DNA of 64,000 nt from Eledone cirrhosa. Its lineage: Eukaryota. The stretch's first letter is position 1. Each line of letters opens with the position of its first letter. Below, one piece after another: positions 46,500 through 56,504 of this stretch. The translations under genes and the position numbers were made by a program. The stretch spans positions 104,098,001 to 104,162,000 of the forward strand of contig OZ024740.1 of assembly GCA_964016885.1 (NCBI GenBank), read 5' to 3'. The notes under the pieces are model-generated. The model saw only the letters and a program-made list of their open reading frames with translations. It was not told the origin of the DNA and ran no database searches.

Positions 46500-47250
46500 C
46501 TTATCGGGAATGCAGTCATACAATGACCCGAAACTTACCGGGAGTCTTGTATGATAATAAGACCATTATTAGTAATAAGACCCTTATTAGTAGTGAGACC
46601 CTTATAATTAATTTTGTAGTCTGACTCTTCTTATGGATTGTCCAGGTGTGGCACTCCATATTAGATTGTAATCATCAGGATATGAACCCCTTTAGTACTT
46701 ATTAGTAAACTCCACTCTAATTTGTAGATAAGATACCTAATTTAATTTATATATGAGATGAGAGTTTATGTATTGCTTGGTGGCCAGACTGGTGACTTTA
46801 TATGGGAGATTTGATCTCCAGATTGTAATCTTCATGATATGAACTCCTTTAGTACTTATTAATAGACTCCACTCTAATTTGTAGATAAGATACCTAATTT
46901 AATTTATATATGAGATAGGAGTTTATCTATTGCTTGATGGCCAGACTGGTGTCTTTATATGAGAGATTTGATCTCCAGACCAACCTGGAGATATTCAGAT
47001 TTACCAAGGATTCAGACATACAATGACCCGGAGCTTACCAGGAGTCACATATAAAATAATAGGACCATGCCAGGTCCTGCGGGAGGAATTATACTTACAA
47101 AGAACATTGATTTGGGGGTCTGACTCTTCTTATAGAATGTTCAGATATGACACCCCTTAATAGAAGGTAATCATCCTGATATATACACCTTTAGTACTTC
47201 TTAATAGACAACACTGTAACCTATAGATAAGTAACCTAATCTAGAAATTA
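46500..47250 (+). repeat. Nested tandem duplications in PLE1 3'UTR (~155-bp and ~500-bp periods)
   Basis: CTTTAGTACTTATT..CTCCACTCTAATTTGTAGATAAGATACCTAA at ~46690 and ~46847; CATACAATGACCCG at ~46517 and ~47017; GTCTGACTCTTCTTAT at ~46619 and ~47118. Confidence 0.85.
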
Positions 47251-48024
47251 GTTATAACACCATATGATAGGCACCTATTTGAAACACCATTAATGTAATT
47301 TAGGATAATAAATTTAACTAAGTAAACCAGCTAGTTACCTCCCCTTACGCATTAATTCCCCTTGGTCATACACACACTTCCGGAATATAGTATGATCACA
47401 CAAAACTAAACAACATGATCTATTAATTAAGAATCGACAAGATACGGTTTATAACTTGGTTATATGCCGAACCATCGTGAATTATATGATAGACTCGTGG
47501 TCTATATATTGCGTCTCATGGATTATGTGAGTGGTGGTGTGCGCGAAGACAGTGGTACTGTTTTGCCTACGATATAATATGTTTTATAATATGTTTGATA
47601 TTTTTGATATTTTGGTGTTTCTCTACATTCGGGATTGTATAGCATACAGGTGTATGCGAAAAAATGATTTAATAATTCAGCCCACATAATACTATCGATT
47701 GCCTGCTTCAACTGCCTGACCCTGCAAGTAACATTCTGACGCACTCTAATCCTGTATAAATAAGACACGCGTGCATGCTACACGTGATATTGTTTCATAC
47801 ATTGACTACTCTAAACTTTCCTCTTGCTTTATCTTCATAGACTGCCAATGCTTTATTTTTATTTTTATTTTTATTTTTATCTTTATCCTTTAACCTTTAT
47901 ATGTAAATTGCCATGCTATATCGTTTTGATGGATGTCATCCCACTGTGGATCAATATGTGCATATGTTTTTATATGTCTCTTGTGTTGAAAAGGAGGTCA
48001 AGTATGTTATAGATCACTAAATAG

Positions 48025-48073
48025 TTGCTCCGAAGAATCCAAACCTCGGTTTGGAGGAAACAATTGTAAGCAA
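48025..48073 (+). ncRNA. Minimal type I hammerhead ribozyme motif in PLE1 pLTR (variant core)
   Basis: TTGCT-CCGAAGA-A-TCCAAAC(CTCG)GTTTGGA-G-GAA-ACAATTGT-A-AGCAA: stem I TTGCT/AGCAA, stem II hairpin, palindromic stem III, GUA cleavage triplet. Confidence 0.78.
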
Positions 48074-48299
48074 ATAAATGATTTAAACTGAACTTTGATT
48101 ATTGTAATCTCTATATAACTGCTCTGTAAAACAACCGATGTTATTACATTGAGCTATTTATCTTACTGGTAATAAGATAGTAATTAATGACTATCTTTCA
48201 CTATTTAGGGTTTGTATATATAAAAAATATATAACCATAAAAGGTTTTATTACATACATAACCATAAATAGTATCCTTAATACTATATACATGTATATA

Positions 48300-48830
48300 T
48301 CATCATCATCGTTTAACGTCCATGTTCCACGCTTGCATGGGTTTGGACGGGAGTTTTCCCACTTGAGGCAAGAGTGGTTGTCTTGCTCGCATAGGACTGT
48401 CTGGCGGGTTTTCTACGGCTGGATGCCCTTCCTAACACCAACCACATTTACAGTGTGGGACTGGGAGGTTTTTACCGTGTTACCTACACGGCCACATTAC
48501 AGCGTGGACTGTGTGTTTTTTTGTCGTGACACCTACACGATCTCATTTGTTTCGGCCTGGATGATATGGCACCAACATAACTTTACATTGAAAGGGGCGG
48601 TGTGGATGGGGTGGGGATGGTGGGACGGGGGTGTATTTTGTTACAGATGCCTACTGACTGTAGTAGGTTTTACTTTGTATTTAGGTAAGGCGGGTCTTCT
48701 CTATTACTGAGTACCGCCAAAGATCTCGGTCCAGTGACATTGTCTTGGAGAGGTGTAAGTGTGTGAGGTCGGAATTTATCAGGTCGTCCCAGGTTTTTCT
48801 GGGTCTGCCTACTCCGTGGCTACCGTCTTA
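48300..48830 (-). mobile_element. RTE LINE 3' end (same family as 56505-59523)
   Basis: Collinear with 56505-57025, including the CCAAAGATCTCGGTCCAGT coding end and the GTTTAACGTC tail. Confidence 0.9.
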
Positions 48831-48877
48831 TATATATATGAGGGTGTTAAAGTTTGCTTGAAGCATTGTGAAATGTG

Positions 48878-49225
48878 TAAAATATGTAGTTTAGAAAGCC
48901 ACAACAATGCAGATGGGAAATCTCGAGGTAGGAAGTGAGTGAGAAATAGGAGAAAAGTGAATTTTCCCCATAACGGCATTCCTATGTTTTAACGACAATA
49001 CAACTTTCTCCGGCTTAGCCTGTTCCCCCCCTTTTGGAACTTTCCCCCGTTGATGGGCGTGAGCCCGAAATATTGGGATTAAATCTCCACTACGGTAACC
49101 CTTCTACCTTTGTTTTGTTTTCATTTTCGTTTCTCTCAATTTTCACTTTTCTCCTATTTCTCACTCACTTCCTACCTCGAGATTTCCCATCTGCATTGTT
49201 GTGGCTTTCTAAACTACATATTTTA
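48878..49225 (+). mobile_element. Mini element with perfect ~85-bp inverted repeats, probably a PLE pLTR with inverted 5' copy
   Basis: 48878-48962 is the reverse complement of 49141-49225; hammerhead-like motif at 49043-49078; TA microsatellites nearby on both sides. Confidence 0.65.
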
Positions 49226-49242
49226 TATATATATATATATAT

Positions 49243-49274
<32 letters not shown>

Positions 49275-49388
49275 AATAAAAGGAATTCCAACTTTGTCTG
49301 GTTTACTCGTTTTATTTACAATCCGTTAAAATTTATAATGGTATTAGAATGAAATAGTATGGTAGAATATTAAATGTTAAGTGTTAAT

Positions 49389-49427
49389 TGAACAAGTACT
49401 TTCATGCTTTCGCAATCTTCAGGTTCA
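49389..49427 (-). ncRNA. Minimal type I hammerhead ribozyme motif in PLE2 pLTR
   Basis: Minus strand TGAAC-CTGAAGA-T-TGC(GAAA)GCA-T-GAA-AGTACT-T-GTTCA: canonical CUGANGA/GAAA core, stem I TGAAC/GTTCA, palindromic stem III AGTACT. Confidence 0.82.
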
Positions 49428-49799
49428 TATTTTGTGGTGACAGTCAAGTTTGCAATTTTCAACTAATGAGATGGGTAAATTTTGTGCCTTATATACAGGG
49501 AAAAGTGGCTACAGAATGCTAAATCTTGCAAACTGTATTTCGACCAATCGGTGTGTAGTTTCACTGGATTACTAAAGCTGATTGGTTTAGGCATCACGGT
49601 TGGTTGAGCTTGTCTAATGACTACTAATTGACCCTATCCAAAGCATCAATTGTTTTGCTATTTTTAAAAGTGATGAAAATAGCATTTTCTAGTAATCATC
49701 ACCATCAACATCACTTTTATTATTATTATTGTTGTTGTTGTTGTTGTTGTTGTTAGTGGTTGTAGTCATAGTCATAGTAGGATTAATACCCCATTATTA

Positions 49800-51292
49800 T
49801 TGTTCATTTAGCTTGGGTTGGAATTTATCAATAAAATTCTTTTCTTTGATTTTTCTCTTGATTTCACTTGGACTGTGTAATTTGTAGAATGGAAATATTA
49901 TAAATATTCTCTGACCACATGTTGCTAGATGGTTACTCAGGGGTATCTGACGGACATTTGGGTCTCTGATTTGCTGTCGGTGTACCCGTGCATGTTCCGA
50001 TAGTGCATTTCAGTTTGACCGACATATAGTTCTTCACAATTCGGGCATTTAATGCAGTAAATTAGATTTCTGCTTTTGCAGTTCATATTTGCATTTGGGA
50101 ATATTTTTCCAGTTTTTGTTTTCATATATTGACCGGCATGTATGGATTGACATGTGCCACATCGACTATCATTGTATTTAGATACAGTGAATGATTGGTC
50201 TTTGTTGTTAAAGTCAAACTTTGCTTTTGTTAGTAATTGCTTCAAATTTTTCGGCTGTCTTTTACTGAGAGTCAAAGATCGATCTGTGATTAAGCCTTTT
50301 AATTCATTACTTTGAGCAATGATTGGTAGGTTTGCTTTGGCAGTGTTGAAGATATTCTGGTGACATGGGTTGTGTGTCACTATAAATGGTATGACCAGTT
50401 CTTGGTTTCTTCTTCCTTGGGTTGTCCTAAGTTGTATAGGTATTTTTATAGCCCGCTGTATGCCATTTTCTATAAGTAGAGATGGGTATTTTTGTTTGAG
50501 CAAAAATTCTCTTAGTTCTGTTAGGCGTTTCTTCCTGGTATCTTCTACAATGGTACAAATTCTTCTGGCTAGGCAGTATGGGATGTTGAGTTTTGTATGA
50601 GGTCGATGGCACGACTTAAAATTCAGATATTGATAGGTGTCTGTGCGTTTATAATATATATCCATGGTAATGGTGGTGTCGTTTTTGATTACCATTATAT
50701 CTAGGAATGTTAATTTGGTACTACTCATCTCTTTTGTGAATTGGAGAGATGGGTGTAGGTTATTCAGGAGGATATTGAACTCATCCAGAGTATCTAGAGA
50801 TTCTGTCCAGATGATGAAACAGTCGTCAAGGTATCTCTTCCAAGATTTTTCAATGTACTTTCTAAAGTCAGTACTATATTTTTCCTCTATTTCTTGGTAG
50901 AGTTGTTGTTCTAAGTATCCCATTACAGAGTTCGCGTAAATGGGAGCAAACTTCGTTCCCATCGCTGTGCCTCTAATTTGGATGTAATTCTTTCCATTGA
51001 AGAAGAAAGTGTTCTTTTCCAGAATAAGTTTAACTGCATCTAATATAAATGGCGCTGTGAATCTGATGGGAATCACTTCTCTATGTTTTTCCACGCAGTA
51101 TTTAACCACCTTTATTCCTAAATCATGTGTAATGTTGGTGTAAAGGCTTACCACATCAAAACTAAGTAGAAGTGAATTTGTTTCCGTGGTTTTGGGAAGA
51201 TGGGACAGGAAGTCGATATCATCCCGGATGAAACTGGGTATGTGAATACATAGTGGTTTCAAAATAATATTAATATAATCTTCTATACACAA
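49800..51292 (-). pseudogene. PLE RT + GIY-YIG endonuclease, frameshifted in the endonuclease
   Basis: SFDVVSLYTNI, GTAMGTKFAP, WKRYLDD, FLD, LIYCIKCPNCEELYVGQT. A second frame continues VHRQQIRDP...KEKNFIDKFQPKLN. Confidence 0.9.
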
Positions 51293-51304
51293 TCATACAC
51301 ACCC

Positions 51305-51377
<73 letters not shown>

Positions 51378-51844
51378 CTTATATCAATATATATATATAT
51401 GTACATATACACACACAAATATATATGGATGGGTTTTTATGTGGAGAGTGTGAAAGTGTGATATAGAGAGATACAAAGAAGAGGAAAAAGAAGAAGGGGG
51501 AAAGGGAGAGAGATAGAGAGGGAGAGGGAGAGAGAGAGACAGACAGATGGAGGTAGCCACCAGAGAATCACCTTCTATATGTATAGATATTGTATGAATA
51601 AGATAGTTTTTCTTTATATAAATACTCTGGTTTTTAGTTCTCCGTTTATTATTGTAGGTGGGGCAATGGGTGTTGTTTTTTTCTTCTTTGTTGTGTGTTT
51701 TCTTGGTTGGACAAAAAAGGGGGCAGTATTATAAGTCCTTGCTGTTTGGGGTGAGAAATGGGTCATGAGTGATAGATTTAAAGATAAGATTTTCACTGTA
51801 TACTCACACACACACACACACACACGTGTGCACATGCGTTGTCG

Positions 51845-52200
51845 TCATCATCATCATCATCATCATAATCATCATTTAACATCTACTTTCCCTGCTAGCA
51901 AAAGTTGGCCGGGTCTACACTAACCAAGTCAGTACTGAAGTGGGGCTACTGACCTCCCAGACAGGCTGAGGATATGTATTTCTGCTTATATATGATCATA
52001 TTGAGTACCGATGAGAAGTTGTGTCTTTTGACACAAACTGAAGGGTTCTTCTAACCCCTTGTTTAGCAGGCTTTCTATGGCTGGATGCTTTTCCTAACAC
52101 CAACCACTTTACAGTGTGTACTGGGTGCTTTTATTGTGTAGATCACCAGCTCTAGGGAGGGTGTCATGCCCTTAACACAACTAAAGGGTCTTCCCAACAT
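51845..52200 (-). mobile_element. Decayed RTE-tailed SINE/3'UTR fragment
   Basis: (CAT)n + TTTAACATCTACTTTCCCTGCTAGCA tail and GGCTGGATGCTTTTCCTAACACCAACC motif. Confidence 0.65.
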
Positions 52201-52377
52201 ATATATATATATAAGTTTATCCTGGGCTCAATCGGGAGTAACTACAGTAAGTAAGGTACTCAATACATAGCAGAGTATAAATATTTAATATAGAAATGGC
52301 TTCTACAGGACTAGAACTGTTTCATTCAGGAGAAATCATCAGGGCTTCCTGATGATATATATATATATATATATATA

Positions 52378-53772
52378 TAACTAATTAGAGAAAGGGTCAA
52401 ACTAGATGAGATGCAGTTTGGTTTTGTGCCTGGGAAGAGTACAACAGATGCCCTCTTCTTGGTGAGACAAATGCAAGAGAGGTTCTTAGAGAAGAATAAG
52501 CCACTATACTTAGCCTTTGTTGACCTAGAGAAGGCCTTTGATAGGGTACCCCGATCTGTCATCTGGTGGTACCTAAGGAAGCTAGGTGTTGAGGAATGGC
52601 TTGTGAGGACAGTGCAAACCTTGTACAGAGGTACTCTCAGTAAAGTCAGGGTAGGAATGGAGTTTAGTGAGGAATTCCAGATACAAGTAGGAGTACATCA
52701 GGGTTCGGTCCTCAGCCCGCTCTTGTTCATTATAGTCCTCCAAGCCATAACAGAGGAGTTTAAGACTGGCTGTCCATGGGAACTTCTCTATGCTGACGAT
52801 CTGGTTCTTATAGCAGAATCAGTAGAGGAGCTAGAGAATAAATTCTGGCTATGGAAACAGCAGTTGGAAGCAAGAGGACTGAGAGTGAATCTAGCTAAGA
52901 CAAAAGTGTTGATGAGTAGAAAAGAGGACAAAACCCTGATTCCATCAGGGAAATGGCCATGTTCGATATGCATAAAAGGAACTGGCATAAATTCTATAAA
53001 ATGCACACAATGCAGATCCTGGGTACACAAGAGATGTAGCGGGATAGCAGGCAAACTAACAGGTAGGGAGAAATATGTATACAGGGAAATTAGACAGTAG
53101 AAGTCGCACTGATAGACACATTTTTCAAATGCAAGAGGGTGCTATAGAAGTGGTGGATAGCTTCCGGTACCTAGGAGATCAGATTAGCATGGGAGGAGGG
53201 TGTTCTGAGGCCATAGTATCTAGAATAAGGACGGGTTGGAAGAAGTTTAGGGAGCTGCTTCCTCTGTTGACGAAGAAGGGTTTCTCCCTGCGTACGAAAG
53301 GCCGGTTGTATGATGCCTGTGTGAGGAGCACGATGCTGCATGGTAGTGAGACATGGGCAGCAACTGCAGAGGATATGCGACGGCTGGAGAGAAATGAGGC
53401 AAGCATGCTCCGTTGGATGTGCAGTGTTGGATGTGCAGTGTAAATGTGTTGAGAGAGAGACTGTGTCTGAGAGGGATAGAATGTAGTGTACGGGAGAGGA
53501 GACTGAGGTGGTATGGACATGTGATGCGCATGGAGGATGACCGATGGGTGAAGAAGTGCCAGGAAATGCCAGTTGAAGGAAGACGTGGTAGAGGTAGACC
53601 ACGAAAAACATGGGTGGAGGTGGTGAGAACAGACCTCAGATCATTGAAGCTCACGGTGGACATGACGAGGGACCGTGATGAGTGGAGAGATGCTGTGCTG
53701 AATAAGACCCGTCCCACCCTTGCAAGCAGGGAAAAGCAGACGTAAAATGATGATGATGATGAATGATGATGA
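52378..53772 (+). mobile_element. 5'-truncated RTE-clade LINE (RT, PHD-like finger, C-terminus), frameshifted; partner of SINE family 1
   Basis: QFGFVPGKSTTDA, FVDLEKAFDRV, GVHQGSVLSP, YADD, FRYLG, LRWYGHVMR, GRPRKTW. Ends CACCCTTGCAAGCAGGGAAAAGCAGACGTAAAA(TGA)n. Confidence 0.96.
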
Positions 53773-53790
53773 TATATATGTATTTACATA

Positions 53791-53825
<35 letters not shown>

Positions 53826-53834
53826 GGCAGGTAA

Positions 53835-53958
53835 AATTTCCGAGATCCATGGATGAGTTCTCTCTAGCTGTCTCTCTCATCATCGCTATCATCTCCAAGA
53901 GACCAGTGTCTGTCCTTAGGGCATCAACATATGTCAACCTCGGTATCCCTCTTTTAGT
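53835..53958 (-). pseudogene. Small fragment of another RTE-like LINE C-terminus
   Basis: KRGIPRLTYVDALRTDTGL resembles the GRP..TY.D.L..DTG end of RTE ORF2. Confidence 0.5.
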
Positions 53959-53961
53959 GTC

Positions 53962-54327
53962 ATCATCATCACCATTTTACGTCCGTTCTTCCATGCTAGC
54001 ATGGGTTAGATAGGTTGTCCTGTTGTGGGCAGTGTCTGGTCAGCTGACCTTGTCTTGCTCATATGGGAACTGATTCTGGCTTGATTTCTACAGCTGGATG
54101 CCCTTCCTAACACCAACATCATTTACAGTGAGTGCTGGGTGCTTTTTTTCTGTGGTGCCTACATGTCCACTCTGCAGTGGAATGATAGGGATCTCAGTTG
54201 AGTAAACTAGAACAATGTGAAATAAAGTGTCTTGCTCAAGGAAACAGCACAACACCCGGTCTGAGAATTGAACTCACAACCTTTCGATTGCAAGCCCAAT
54301 GCTGTAACCACTAAGCCATGCACCTTC
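53962..54327 (-). mobile_element. CORE-like SINE family 1 variant with alternative RTE tail
   Basis: Family 1 head and body, but the 3' part matches 27945-28040 (GACACTGCCCACAACAGGACAACC..TAACCCATGCTAGCATGGAAGAACGGACGTAAAA). Confidence 0.88.
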
Positions 54328-54534
54328 ATGTCCATGCATATATATATATATAGTAAGAAGTGTGCTAGCAGCTGAAGTTTATGATAAAGTTATATCTGTA
54401 TAAATACAGAGTGTGTAACTGAGACTGCACTAACATGTATAAATAAATATGCATATCTAATTTGGAGGCATGTAAGCATGTCAGAAAATACAAATATCCC
54501 TGTAAAATAGAAAAATGATAAACATCTTTAATCT

Positions 54535-54960
54535 ACCCTACTAGTGTTAACTATTGTGGCTGGTTCCTCAGTAGGGTCTGTATAGGGCAGGTCCTCACTG
54601 TCCCATTCATTTTCTTCATTCCGCAGCCTCTCATAGTTTGTCTTCCATGCCTCCTTTTTTCGGTGTCAGATTATCATTTCAAACACACTTTTTTCCAACA
54701 ATATTACCATTTTTTTCTAGCATATTGTTTCAAGATGCTGAACACTTCATGCCTCTGATCTTCACGTTGCAGACTTCTTCTTTTCTGTGCAGACTTCTAC
54801 ATGTGCAGACTTCTTCTTTTCTGCCTCTCCCCTCACTCGATATACTTGGTGCCTTGACTCCCTTCTAGCTATCTGGTATTGCTTTCTATCTCCTCCCTCC
54901 ATTCCTCCATTTTCTCCAGCCTTGTTTTTTTGTTTTAATGGTTCTTTTTCCATGTCACTC
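54535..54960 (-). pseudogene. Decayed RTE LINE EN-RT linker fragment
   Basis: YQIARRESRHQVYRVRGEAEKKK and ..YERLRNEENEWD homologous to 58538-58900. Confidence 0.78.
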
Positions 54961-55411
54961 ACCTGTCATAGGTGTCAAAAACTTGTTACCTGCACAGGCT
55001 ACCAATACTAAATACTATAACCAATAAGGGAGCCTCTATATAGTTGGTCAAGCTACTAAAAATAAGAGCCAACTCTTTCTCAAATCATCTTAACAAGCAA
55101 AAGGACACTAATGTTGTTCTAGATACCTCTAAATATACTGGCTGGAATACCTTTGATCATATATTAATTCAGTCAGGTTTGACTTAAGGTTACTACAGCA
55201 AAAGTTATATCCACTATTAGTCACAAATAAGTTCTTACATAGTGTCCTGACTTGCTATAAATAGCAGCCAAATTTTACCATATCGTCTTTGAAATAACAA
55301 TGCCTCCATACACTGATACCTGATGAATATATTGTTGCTGTGCATGAATCTATTTCTATAACAGTTCATCTTTGGTGAAGTCAATTTTAATTTTCACTCA
55401 ACATACGATGA

Positions 55412-55600
55412 TGATCATCATCATTTAACGTCCATTTTTCCATGCTATCATGGGTTAGACGAATCGTCCCATTGTGAGACAAGCCAGATCAGATGACCAT
55501 GTCTTGCTCACACAGAACTGATTCAGGCTTGGTTTTTATGGCTGGACGCCCTTCCTAAAGTCAACCACATCTACAGTGTGGGCTGGGCACTTTTTGATAT
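55412..55600 (-). mobile_element. RTE tail / 3'UTR fragment
   Basis: TTTAACGTCCATTTTTCCATGCTATCATGGGTTAGACG and GGCTGGACGCCCTTCCTAA motifs. Confidence 0.75.
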
Positions 55601-56504
55601 ATTCAATAATAGATAGTGCTGGGTCATGTACTTGATATACAAAGTCCAATAAAAAAGTTGGAATTGAATAGAAAAATATTTCTCACATTGAAGCAAGGCA
55701 ATAAAATTTGAGGTGATGATAAAGTCAATTAAATTAACCCATCCATTTTTAATTTCTGGTCCTCTTATTCTGTCAATTCACACCAATTTGAGGTGATGAT
55801 AAGGTCAATTAGACTGACCTATACATTTTTAGCCTCTGGTCCACTTATTCTGTCAATTCATTCCAATTCGTTTTAGTTTCTTAGTGAACATTGATGTAAC
55901 ATTCTAATTTCCTGTCTTCAATAGTTTTTGCAACAGCAGAAACGACAGTCAGCAAATAATTAAGTTAAAAAATGAATTAAAATAATGGCAACTGATTTTG
56001 GGCAGGATTGAGATGGATAAGCAGAATGTCCGAAACGATAGTGTTGTTTAAAAAGACATGTAGAGAGAATAAAATAAATGTTGTTGGCTAATGAATTTAA
56101 CAAAAGACTGGATCATCAATGATTAATTTATCAATATATTGAAAGTAGATGTAGTTATAATGGATACAAACAACAAATCACTGACAAAAGAGTCGTTGCA
56201 GGGAAGTAAATCACACTTTTGTGTCTATCCTGTTAAATGTTCACTGTTATCCATTATTAAAGATTTTTTGCTAAAGCAACAATAACTTCATTTGTTATTT
56301 AGTCATATGTTTACAATATCAACCACACCCACTTTGATGATAACTTTATTGCAGTGTGTTACAAGCAATACACTGAAACATCAGATATAATGTTTTAGTC
56401 TTCCTTGTGTAGATGATGTTCACTCTTCTGTATTGTTTAATGTGTACTGTGTAAGAGAGGACATTGTGTGGAAGTAGTTGTAGCTGTTGTTGTTGTGTAG
56501 CCCA

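Larger units (their letters stand above)
44146..48230 (+). mobile_element. Penelope-like element 1, 5'-truncated, with inverted 5' pseudo-LTR copy
   Basis: RT + GIY-YIG ORF; 174-bp inverted repeat 44146-44319 / 47942-48115; hammerhead motif in the pLTR; TA-rich flanks. The right boundary is approximate. Confidence 0.92.
49272..51292 (-). mobile_element. Penelope-like element 2 (Neptune-like), 5'-truncated
   Basis: RT+GIY-YIG ORF, 3'UTR with hammerhead, (TA)n on both flanks. Confidence 0.92.

Noticed and set aside
44146-48115. DNA transposon with 174-bp TIRs
   Set aside because: The interior encodes RT+GIY-YIG and the arms carry a hammerhead, which fits an inverted Penelope pLTR rather than transposase TIRs.
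55706-55860. ~80-bp tandem duplication (also ~70 bp at 35650-35790 and ~21 bp at 26120-26160)
   Set aside because: Ordinary local slippage duplications, partly of decayed SINE tails; no sign of function.
55860-56460. Apparently unique AT-rich stretch as a possible exon or enhancer (also 33480-33655, 34020-34250, 40700-40900)
   Set aside because: No convincing ORF, splice pair or recognisable motif; it cannot be supported without alignments.
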